From Epiperipatus broadwayi (lineage: Eukaryota; Animalia; Onychophora): a stretch of DNA of 64,000 nt. Below the pieces are notes generated by a model, which saw only the letters and a list, made by a program, of their open reading frames with translations, searched no databases and was not told the DNA's origin. Position numbers and translations under genes: made by a program. Positions within the stretch are counted from its first letter, which is position 1, and each line of letters opens with the position of its first letter. Of this stretch, positions 11,610-22,644 are shown one piece after another. The stretch spans positions 8,618,001 through 8,682,000 of the forward strand of contig JAQFVV010000003.1 of the NCBI GenBank assembly GCA_028023455.1, read 5' to 3'.

Positions 11610-12407
11610 GCTGTTTTTAGATCGCGCTCTGATAGCTGAGGAATTTAATTAGTGCATTGATGTAATGGCGATCGACAATTCCTAGAAATATTTGCTAATT
11701 ACAAATCTTTCTAGATAAGAGACGTTACCTTATTGGTCAGTGCATTAATTGATCATTGCAGTTGTCAGAGAGTGATAAGAAGACTGGGTAACATCTAGCA
11801 GTGTAACATAGAGAGCAGTAGAGAGCAGTCAAGCAGTATTGAGTAAGCAGTATTTAAGTAGAGATATCTCGCATCAGTGCTGGTGGTTAATGATCAGCAC
11901 CCAGTGGAAATGTAGTTCACGAGTGTAGCTGAAAGAGACCGCAGTGGAGATATTGAGAGCATTCGTTAGAGAGCTTCATTGCAGACCAATTCATTGGAGA
12001 GCTTCATTGCAGACCAATTCATTTGGAGAGCTTCATGGCAGACCAATTCGTTGGAGAGCATTCGTTGCAGACCAATTCAGCGGAGAGATTGCAGACCAAT
12101 TCATTGGAGTGCTTTGTTGCAGACCAATTCGTTGGAGAGCATTCATTGCAGACCAATTCCTTGGAGAGCTTCATTGCAGACCGATTCGTTGGAGAGCACT
12201 CATTGGAAAAGAACAGCGTGGGAATTGTATAACGTTATTGGCTGACAACACAGTATGACTTGCAGATATAACATTGGCACAGTTGTAAGTGCGGATTTAA
12301 CAACAGATACATTTTCTGAATTTTGTTCCTTACATTTTTTGATTGCTTTTGTATGAATAAATCATTATTAATTGTAATCATTTTTGTTATCATTCTTGTC
12401 TCACAAG
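11610..12407 (+). mobile_element. GC- and CpG-richer LTR-like repeat containing a minisatellite
   Basis: Abrupt compositional shift, TATTTAA box (~11,852), AATAAA (~12,356), end ...TCTCACA, flanking TCACAAG direct repeat (11,603 and 12,401). No ORF. Confidence 0.35.
11969..12207 (+). repeat. 28-29 bp minisatellite, ~8 units (GCAGACCAATTCATTGGAGAGCTTCATT)
   Basis: GCAGACC at 11981, 12009, 12038, 12067, 12091, 12119, 12148 and 12176; no unique spacers. Confidence 0.95.
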
Positions 12408-12614
12408 TTTTCACTTGATTTAATAGTAAAATTTAAATGGAATAATATTCTGATTACCAGATAGGATGAGTGCAAAAAAGAGTTATTGCAGTAAGTACAA
12501 GATATGAATTTTGTGTGTGTGTGTGTGTGGTCTTCTGGGTAAGAATCTTACAGCATTCTGTAAAGAGAAGTACTTGAACAAGTGTGTACTTGAATAAAGG
12601 TAGAGTTTTGTACA

Positions 12615-12708
12615 TCAAAAAATAAGACATCCCTTAAAAATAATCCCTATGGTGTCTTTTGGAGCAATAATTAATATAAGCCCTGATGTTATTTTTGGGA
12701 ATACACGT
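12615..12708 (+). mobile_element. pogo/Tigger-like terminal fragment
   Basis: AAAATAAGACATCCC...TTTGGAGCAATAATTAATATAAG...TTATTTTTGGGAATACACG, a subterminal pattern of this MITE type. Confidence 0.55.
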
Positions 12709-12964
12709 TAGTAATAATAATAAATTAAAGGTAAAATAAATATTCTTTCTGCACTTGCCTACTCAATCGTCTTGAATATTTCAGATGTTATATTTGCATA
12801 CAACATTTAACATAAAAATAATTTTAAGTATAATAATAATAATAATTTTATTTATTTTGATTATATCTGAAAACAAAACCTAATAAGCAAAACAAATGTT
12901 TTTCATAGATTTTTACAAACATATATTCATTACATAAAAATAGTTGATAAAATGTTATAATAAA

Positions 12965-15900
12965 AGCTGTGAAATGGAATTTGTGGGAGAGAAAGAGGAA
13001 GAAATCCTACCATTTAGGGAGATGGAAATGTCCCTATTATTGAGATTACCTATTATATTGATAATGCCAGACTGTTGAACTTGCCAAGTAGGTTGAGGAG
13101 ACAATAAGTCTGAATAGAGCCAAAGGCTCCAGCAATGTCCAGTTGGATGACCACCAGTTTAGATTTTCTAAAGGTTCTATTATAGTTTACAATCATTTTA
13201 AACAAACCAATGGCTTCAGCCATGGATGAATGCTTTTTGACAAATTGATACTGAGAAATAAATGGGAGGTCCTGAATCTTATCCTTTATAACTGATTCAA
13301 TAATCTTGATCATCAACAAGGTCATGGAGATGGGCCTGCAGTTCTCAAGAGGTGATGGTAATTTGTTCTTTTTGAGAAAAGGCACCATCTCTATGGGGTA
13401 CAGGATGTCAATGTCAAGAGATTTAAAATGAAATGAGGTTAACTATCCCATGAATAATCAAAACCATAAATCTTTCAAGGTGCACCAGGATGAATTGAGT
13501 AGTAGCATGGAGACCTGAATGTATTTTCTCAGGCATTGAAAACAATTTGGTTCTAATGCCTTTTTCTGAGATGTCATGATTTAATATTGTGGATTCATTA
13601 AAACCAATTGATTTGGCTCATGAGGGCAATTTGTCAGCTTGACCTTGAAGAAATGAAAGATTTCATTAATCATATTGTTCTCTGAGTAGAGTTTATTCTC
13701 AACTTTGATAGAAGGAGTATTTAATTTGTCTCTGTGGCTCAGGGCCCATCTAATCTAGCCACTAGATCAATTGTGAGACTGGCTGAGAAAGATCATTGAC
13801 TTCTTGGTGGATAGATAATTTGCAATGATTTGTTGATTGTCCTTATATTGTTGTTTGAGACTCAATTGATTCTATTAAAGTAGTGACCAGAGGCATATGT
13901 TTCAGGGTGTTTTTGATGGACTCCAACTTTCACAGAAGTGAAATTGGACCCTTAATCCTCGGATGTATGAAATGATAGAGTTTAATATATTGATGAAGAT
14001 AAACCATGCTTCTGTTAGAGGTAGGGCCAGAATGCCAATTTTCCTAAAATAGATGTAGGTCTCTGAGAGGATAGCCTCTGAAACCGAGGCTTTAAGAAAA
14101 ATTTGAGTGGTGGACTTCAAGCCTTCACAGAACCTGGGGAACAGGCCTACTGACAAATTAATTGCAAGCACAAGGTAATCAGAGAATGGAATGGGTTGAA
14201 GGCAGGGATCAATAATAAATGAGGGTCAGGGGAATAGTAGACCAGATCAATGAGGGATGAATATTGTTTAGTATAAAAGAAGGCATCCATAGGAAAGAAG
14301 CCCTTTGTGCACCTGAGGTGGGTATTTATAAGATGAATATACTTAGAATTAAAGTGCTGGTATGAAGTATTAAAATTGCCTGACATTATCATAAGGTAAG
14401 GGTTAGAGCTAAGTATCAAGTTAATATGTTGTATCAATGAGTGAATTAATGACATGTCTCTCTTAAAATAAACAAAGATTACATTTCATCTAAAGAACTG
14501 ATGAAAGAGGGTGGCAATTAAGAGAAATTGATTAATAACATTTATTTTATATGATTTAAAAGGGGAATTATTGGGAAAAAGAATGGCAACCTCTGCAGAA
14601 GGGTGGGCCAAAATAGAATGATGTAGAGAACCAATTTTGCTGAAACTAATTGAATTTCTGGATTTGAAAAGGAATGCAGTTTTGTTTCAGCAAAGTAGAT
14701 TATATGTGGTGAATATTGAGAAATCCAATTTGAAATTGCATTGACCCTTTTAGTTGAGTTAAGACCTTGTACATTAAAACTAGCTATCTTAAGCTTCATC
14801 AGGTCAAAGTTGAAGCCAAAAACAAATCTCCATCAGAATCAAGTAACAAAATATGAAAGAAGTCAGGGATCTGAGGGCCAAAAAATGATAACTCATTTCT
14901 TCCTGACTGGATTAATAGGGATTTTGAATTCCTTGCCATCAAGCTTGAGTAAGGTTTTCAAGCAGCCTCTATTTTTTTTTTATTTATACTGTTTTGGTGA
15001 AACAATTTCTTTCAATGTTGGTGCCTGAGTAAACATCCATGCAGAGGTCTTTAGGCAGTGTATCAAGATCTGGGCCTTTATCATCTGTAGAGTTTGATTT
15101 CATTTTTCCCTTTCTTAATGACCCTGGGAAATTCACGGTCAGATGAACTTTTGCTAGACCCATCAGACCTTTGCTTATCACCATTAATTCAAGAATCACT
15201 GATGTTTTGATTAGTTTTCTTGGATTTCCTTTTACTTTTTTAACTATATTGAAGGAAAGTTCAGTGATTGTAGAATCTGACCTAGGAGATGTGCTACTGC
15301 TTTTTGAAGAGTGTGAGGACCATTGGTCAAAACAAGTTTATCATCATTAGAGGGGACTGTAGTTTCAAGAGGTACAACCCTGATAAGAGAATGTACTGTA
15401 ATATCATTCTTGTGGGAAGTAAAGTCCATGCAACCTGGGGTATTAAGCAGTCTGCAATTGTGCAACCTGTTTTTTTTCAAGTTACAAATATGACATATCC
15501 TGGAAGGGCATTCTTTAATGAGATGTGTCCGCAGGTTACAGTAGAAGCACTGCAGTGAAACACCTCAAAAGGATATGATTAGTAGAGCAGTACCAACAGA
15601 ATGCATAGTAAGGATGGACATTGGACTAATATTTTTAAGAGTAATGGTGAGTCACCCTATTGGTCAGGACTGGTACTTCAGCCCTTTCCAAAAGATATTG
15701 AAAATTTGAAACAGACCTAAATGGCTTGAGAAGATGTTGAAGATCAACCTCTTTAAAGCTAAGGTAACAATTGTGGATTTGGCCACTAAAGATTGTTGGC
15801 CTATTAATATCAACCACACATAATATTTTGTTACCCATGAATTTAATTGATTTCTGCAAATTTAGCTTTTGTGATTAATCATGAAATTCAACAATTAACT

Positions 15901-16760
15901 ATCTGCTATTGGAATGATATAATAACTTAAAAACATGATTCTATAATTTTTTTCTTAAAAATTTATTACAAAACTCATCAACTGGAAAATTAAATAAATC
16001 ACAATTCAAGTTTGTAACAGCAAGGATTAAGGTTTTATTACTATTGTAATTAAGAAATGATCTATGGAGTTGTGAGGGAATTGTGGCATTAAACCTGTGG
16101 GTTAAATGATTTAAAGTGTGTTGATCCAAATTTAAGCAAGGAAACTCAATATTGGTGGTTCAACCTGGGAGTTGAGGCTATTTTATTCTCAAACATGTTG
16201 AAAATATCTTTATCATTCTGAAGATCCTTCCAAGTAGAAGTCTTAGGCCTGTTGAAATTTCTTAACAAAGCATTAGCATATGAGATATTATTAGAGAGAC
16301 TATAGTTGGGTTGAGTTAGGGGGGATCTGCATTCATAAAACCTACATCATTGGAAATATTATTTTTTTCTATTATCATTGGCTGAAATTTTTTTTATTAT
16401 TGTTGTTCAAAATGTTATTAAATTTTTTAACGTTACTTACTTCTAATGCAGGAAATTTCTCCATTACAAAGATTTCCTCTGTGTCGGTGTCTTCAATTTT
16501 TCTTCTGTCTTCATGAAAGTTCAGGGTGGGGTAACCAGAAGGTAGCTTTTTACTAAGATCAATGTTTTCATTCATGAAATTAGCTTTAACTGGTGTTTTT
16601 CCATGCGTAAGTTGAGAATCTAAAGAGTTCTCACCATGCAAATGGCTACTTGTTCCCCTAAATCCATAGGACAATTATTATCACTATCAAATCCTTCCAT
16701 GATGAATGAAGATTCCATTCTTAAGTTGGAAGAAAGAATAAGTGTTAATAAATAAAAATT
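12965..16760 (-). mobile_element. L1/Tx1-like LINE copy A: ORF1 (CCHC knuckle) + APE + N-terminal RT; decayed, 3'-truncated
   Basis: CFYCNLRTHLIKEC (15,549-15,508), KIASFNVQGLN..FAETK, SGNFN, SLIDLVY, CRPIS, LDIAGAFGSI. Stops at NSISQ, just before the GSPLS motif. Confidence 0.88.
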
Positions 16761-17125
16761 TAATAGTTTTGAATAAAAAAACCACTTATGTGAGGCAAAA
16801 TTACTACAAAAATTAGCACTAGAAAAGCAGAGTACTTATCAGGACTGTGACCTCTAGCAACCTACTTTTTAGTTCTTCCTTTAATTAATAATCTTATACT
16901 GCTTAGATTTAACATGTAAAACAGCAATTTTAAAAATAGTGAATAGAATAGAATAAAAACCAAACCAATACCATAAATTTTAAACATATAAAAGATATTT
17001 TTTAAATTCTTTTTTTAAAAAAATAATCTTATACTATATAGATTCAACATATAAAATGATAATTTATTAAATATTCTTGGAATACATACAATTCTTAATC
17101 TACTTTTATATTTGTTTTTGTATCT

Positions 17126-17270
17126 AAAAGAAGTAATATATTTATTTCTAAGGGAACTACTATAATTAGGTATCTTATAATTCTTAAATGTAAAATATCT
17201 AATTATAGTAATGCCCTGTTGCTGTTACTACTACTACTACTACGACTATGACTATGAATACTACTACTAC
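17126..17270 (+). repeat. ~100-bp interspersed repeat with a (CTA)n tail (retroposon 3' end), copy 1
   Basis: AAAAGAAGTAATATATTTATTTCTAAGGGAA...TATCTAAT matches 51,271-51,360. Confidence 0.7.
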
Positions 17271-17717
17271 TATTAATAATAATAATATTAATAATAATAA
17301 ACATTTAACCGCTCATATTTTTTTAATTAAGAAATCATGAAACTTAAAGTTTGTATAATCAATTTTTTTCAAAATTTTTACTAAATATCTAAACTGTAAT
17401 TTTTTTCACTTGGGACTTTCAGCTGAACTATTATTATTCTTTTTTTTTTTTAATGAACTTAACATTTCAAAATTGTTTCCATTAGCATGTAGTAGCTATT
17501 TCTTAAAGTTATTTATCAGTTCTTTTTACTTAAATTATTACATTGCAAATAAATTTTCTTTCTTTTGTGCATAAACAGATTTTGCCATGCACTTTCTTTT
17601 TATAGTACTGGAATCAATGATTATATATCCACTATATATGTACTGGAATCAATGATTGAAATTAAATATCCACTATATATGTATATTAGCAGGTTTTTAC
17701 CTTTCTCAACAGCTTAT

Positions 17718-19300
17718 TTGTTGATAAACAGAGCAAAACTCTCCATACAGTATTGCCACCTGTGCTAAACAGAGTAATCAATGGATGCCAGAAGGCTTGT
17801 GCATAAAATCCCTATCTAATGCCTACTCATCCAATATCCCCAGACTAGTTTCTGGCTTGTGGCCTTCATCAGTGAGGAGCTTTGGATCTGAGAGCACTGC
17901 ATCTATATCTTAGGATCTAATGCAACCCTCTAGCAAACACCTTTTATCTCTACTTAACTACAAAACCATGAGTATGAAATTGAAAAATACAAAAAGTATT
18001 TTCAATCTAAGCTCAATAGCTTATATAGTCATATGGGTCTGAACTCAGTTCAGCACATGTACATTTTGGTGTCTTTGGCTCTTTTACAACCATAGCCACC
18101 ACTATCCTTTTAGGCAGGATTGGTGTTAAACCATTAAGCATCACATGATCACATTTTTTATACAAGCACATTAATTGTTGATAAACAAAGCAGAACTCTC
18201 CATACAGTATTGCCACCTGTGCTAAACAGAGTAATCAATGGATGCCAGAAGGCTTGTGCATAAAATCCCTATCTAATGCCTACTCATCCAATATCCCCAG
18301 ACTAGTTTCTGGTTTGTGGCCTTCATCAGTGAAGAGGTGGTTGCTAGAGGGTTGAATTAGATCCTAAGATCTAGATGCAGTGCTCTCAGATCCAAAGCTC
18401 CTCACTGATGAAGGCCACAAGCTAGAAACTAGTCTGGGCATATTGGATGAGTAGGCATTAGATAGGAATTTTATGCACAAGCTTTCTGGCATCCATTGAT
18501 TACTCTGTTTAGCACAGGTGGCAATGCTGTATGGAGAGTTTTGCTCTGTTTATCAACAATTAATATGCTAGTATAGGAAATGTGATCATGTGATGCTTAA
18601 TGGTTTAACACCAATCATGCCTAATAGGATAGTGGTGGCTATGGTTGTAAAAGAGCCAAAGACACCAAAATGTATGGGTGCTGAACTGAGTTCAGACCCA
18701 TATGACTATATAAGCTATTGAGCTTAGATTGAAAATATTTTTTGTGTTTTCAATTTCACTCTCATGGTTTTGTATTTAAGTAGAGATAAAAGGTGGTTGC
18801 TAGAGGGTTGCATTAGATCCTAAGATCTAGATGCAGTGCTCTCAGATCCAAAGCTTCTCACTGATGAAGGCCACAAGCCAGCAACTAGTCTGGGGATATT
18901 GGATGAGTAGGCATTAGATAGGGATTTTATGCACAAGCCTTCTGGCATCCATTGATTACTCTGTTTAGCACAGATGGCAATACTGTATGGAGAGTTTTGC
19001 TCTGTTTATCAACAATTAATGTGCTAGTATAGGAAATGTGATCATGTGAAGCTTATTTGTTTTGTCAATAAACATCACATGATGACCATTTCTTATGCTT
19101 GCATATAACTGTTATTAAAACAGAGATCCTAAGATCTAGGTGCAGTGCTCTCAGGTCCAAGGCTCCTCACTGATGAAGGCCACAAGTCAGAAAGTAGTCT
19201 GGGGATATTGGATGAGTAGACATTAGATGGGGTTTTTATGCACAAGCATTCTGGCATCCATTGATTACTCTAGCTTGCAGTGAGTAGCAATACATATAGT
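17718..19300. mobile_element. Retrozyme-like cluster 1: tandem ~456-bp HHR-containing units, minus strand 17,718-18,332 then plus strand 18,335-19,040, plus a nested inverted insertion 19,050-19,300
   Basis: CTGATGA cores at 17,872(-), 18,329(-), 18,405(+), 18,861(+) and 19,170(+). Unit spacing 457 and 456 bp; no meaningful ORF. Confidence 0.85.
17837..17878 (-). ncRNA. Minimal type I hammerhead (C3-G8), best-preserved retrozyme copy
   Basis: tcctca-CTGATGA-a-ggc/cacaa/gcc-a-GAAA-ctag-TC-tgggga. Stem I is 6 bp; palindromic ACTAGT in stem III. Confidence 0.85.
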
Positions 19301-22081
19301 GAGTTTTACTTGTTTTGTCTATGCTTTTGTACATGTATAGAACATGCATCATGTACCAACAAAATATGTACTTAATGAATTGTTTTATTGACAATAGATC
19401 TTTCACCTTGCCTTCCACTTTCTTTTTATAGTAGAGTAATCAATGATTAAAATTATATAGCCACTATATGTATTATTGAAGGTTTTTTTCTTTTCTCAAT
19501 AGCATGTTTGCTTTGTCCATGCTTCTATACATATATAGAAAATGCATCTTTGACAGTGGGATCTTTCACCTATATTTCTATACATAGGCTAATCTTATAT
19601 ATAGCTAATCTTATAAAAATGTTTTAATTAGATCACTTTCACATATAAATTGCTTCATAGAAATATATTGATTAAATGGAAGAGGTAATTTAACTACTCA
19701 CAGCATATGATTCTCATTTATCTTCTATAATGTTTGAACTTCAGGTATAGCAAGTACTGATTTCTTGTAGAATGAGATACATTTCAACCTAGATAGCATC
19801 AATGGTATGCATTTTTACATACCCCAAACTCAACTATGTAAAGTTAAATTATTAACCACATGAATGTGGATTTGCTAACATCTGTACATATTTAAATATA
19901 AAAAATCAAGAGTCAGTTCAACTCTTTTTTTAATAAAAACTGGGAAATGAATTCATTTTATGTTTGCAAAAGTATTCTGACAATAGAGGGCAGTACTTTG
20001 ATACAACCAGTAGTTTATCAATTCAATTATTTCGTGGTTTTACGTATTATGAGACTCTACACAAGAGTGCTTATCAGTTCTCTTTTAAATAAGTTATTTA
20101 ATCACAAGTATAAATATAAAATATAATATTTTCAAGTTACTTAGACTGAGATAATTTAACATTAAAAATGACCCCCCCTCCCCCCAAAAAAAATGACCCT
20201 CGAAATTCATATTTAATAGAATAAGAACTATATTCTCGAAATTTTAATCAAAACTATGTTAAAACGAATTTCATCCAGTTTTAGTTTGAATATTTTTTCT
20301 ATTCAAAATTTGAAACTGCCCTAGTTTGCTAATGTACGTGAGAAATTCTGGTTGAATTCTTTATTATTTAAAGATTTTAAAAAATCTATTTTGGTAGAAA
20401 ATAAAAGTATTCTTTCTTACTAAAGTGAAATTTTGGAATTCAAATTAGTTTTATATTCTTTTTTTTACTTCTTCAAAATGTTTTTTTTTTTTTGCCATGT
20501 TATAGTAAAATAACTAACTGTATGGGAAATTGCCCTGAAGGTCATGTGACATTTAATCATTAAATAACCGGTTGAGCATATTAGCTTCATTCAAATTATC
20601 AAGTTGCTTTTTTTTTTACTGCTAAAAATTGACGTAGAAATCTTTTACTCTTGAGTTCATCACACTACCACTGAGCTAAATATATAGGGCCAAGTTATAC
20701 TGATTACTTTTTACTTCTACTTAGCACATAATTCTAGTCATGCAAAAGCTAAAGTTGCATCTGCTTAAACTGGTCATGTTGTCCCAGAGCACTGCACAGA
20801 GAGATATCTATAAAACTCAATCAAACTTCAACACATACAATTAAGCAAAACATAATTCAATTTTTTGCCATTGTAAAAATATTGCATTTCAATCTTCATA
20901 AAAAAAAAATAAATAAATTTGTAAACAAGCATTATTTATTACCATCAGTGCTTTGCTATAAAAATTAAATTATATAATTTTTACAAAACTTTGGTGCCAT
21001 AACTCTTAGCTGGGTGTATTTTGCATTGTTAAACTTTATTATAATCTAGTGAGATAATATATAGATTGTAGTGATGAAAAAGAATTGTAAAAATTGTTTA
21101 TAAATAACAGGTTGTGAATTCTAAACTCAATACTTATGAATTGTTATTTTTTCTTTTATCAGGATCCCATATACTTAATTTATCAGCTATTTTTTAAACT
21201 GGAAATTAAAAAAAAAAAACAATATATAAAATATATGATACCAATTAATATCGGTCATATTCTACACTAGATTTCATTGTAAGTAGGGGTATGAACTACA
21301 TTATATTTTATTCCAAGCTCCCCTCACATACAATGAAAATAGCATATAATAATTCACTTTTTTTTATTATAATGCATATTATTTACTGTACTGTATATGT
21401 ACATATAGTACATTTCAATACGCATATATATATATAAAATTGATTTGTATGTATAGTACGCATATTGTATATAAATTAAAAGTACAAGTACGGCACGGAC
21501 AATATTTAAATATATATATATAATAACATAGTTATTAATAATAGATTGAGAAAGAATATCTACATATATATTTACAGAATTGTATACATGTGTTCAATAA
21601 ATTCATTAAAAAATATTATTGTAATAAAACTTATTTCTTTCTTTATTTTAATAATGCACAATAGAAGATTCATTTTTCAATATATAGAACCCACTTCTGA
21701 ATAAGATTTATTTTTTTACTAAATCAATAATTTTCATTTTTCCCTTTAAGGAATGTACTTTACGATGTTTTATTTTTAATTCTCACTCATGATTATAAAA
21801 AAAATAAGGTATTTTATTAAAGATATACAGAATAAAACTTAAAAAAAAAACTAGGTAAAAAAAATCAGTGCATATACTGCAGAACTAAATAGGTAAAGTA
21901 TTTAAAATCAAGAAGAAAACATGATTATTGTACATAAATTCAAGTTTGAGAATATGATAATTAGCAAGGGGAAAAAATGGCTGCTTCCATATAGAAATTC
22001 ATAAAATTGAATAATTTCATTGTTTTTATTATTTATTTGTTTACATTTTTATTATTTATATTTGCTTAGAATATAATTGAA

Positions 22082-22170
22082 GTCCAATGTTTGTGGTCAA
22101 GCTTGGTAGCAGTTGCCTTGCAGACAGTTGTTGCAGGTTCGCTTCCCGGCAGATGCTTTGACATATGGAA
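22082..22170 (+). mobile_element. Short tRNA-derived SINE, copy 1
   Basis: A-box-like TGGTCAAGCTTGG, B-box-like GGTTCGCTTCC, end GATGCTTTGACATATGG shared with the other copies. Confidence 0.7.
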
Positions 22171-22294
22171 ATATATATATATATAATTGAAGTCACATAG
22201 GCAATTTTTAAAATATTGTAATGAAAGTCATATTGAATCATATCTCTAATATGGATATTAGATATTTGATTAGAATAACCATAAGTAATATATA

Positions 22295-22485
22295 AATATA
22301 ATATTTTATAATAAACATTTTTATTTACTGTGTACTAAAAATACAAAAGAATTGTTCTTTCAATTGAGGCTTTTATATTTAACTTGAAATGGAAGCATGG
22401 ATTTAAATATAAAAGCCCCAATTGTTTTTTTGGCTTTTTAGTGAACATTAAATAAAAATGTTTATTATAAAATATTTTATACATA
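22295..22485. repeat. AT-rich foldback (~85-bp imperfect arms, ~20-bp spacer)
   Basis: ...CAATTGAGGCTTTTATATTTAA / TTAAATATAAAAGCCCCAATTG... arms. Confidence 0.6.
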
Positions 22486-22532
22486 TATTGTTTTTAACTT
22501 CTTAGCATTCACACAATAAATAAAAGCATTTA

Positions 22533-22644
22533 GTCAAGTATTGTTAGCCGAGAGGTCATTGCAGCTGCCTTGCAAGCAAGTAGTTGGTTGCAGATAGTTG
22601 AGGGTTCGCATCCCGGCCGATGCTATGACATATGAAAAAAATAA
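22533..22644 (+). mobile_element. Short tRNA-derived SINE, copy 2, with A-rich tail and 14-bp TSD
   Basis: TAGCCGAGAGG A box and GGTTCGCATCC B box. AATAAAAGCATTTA at 22,519-22,532 and 22,645-22,658. Confidence 0.85.

Noticed and set aside
11969-12207. CRISPR-like array of ~28-bp palindromic repeats
   Set aside because: Units are contiguous with no unique spacers, there are no cas genes, and the context is eukaryotic; the overlapping ORFs are repeat translations.
18013-18216. 67-aa ORF inside the retrozyme unit
   Set aside because: Not conserved in the other units (stops and indels); incidental.
22082-22644. Functional tRNA genes
   Set aside because: Divergent arms, an internal duplication, an A tail and a TSD indicate SINE copies; the anticodon is ambiguous.
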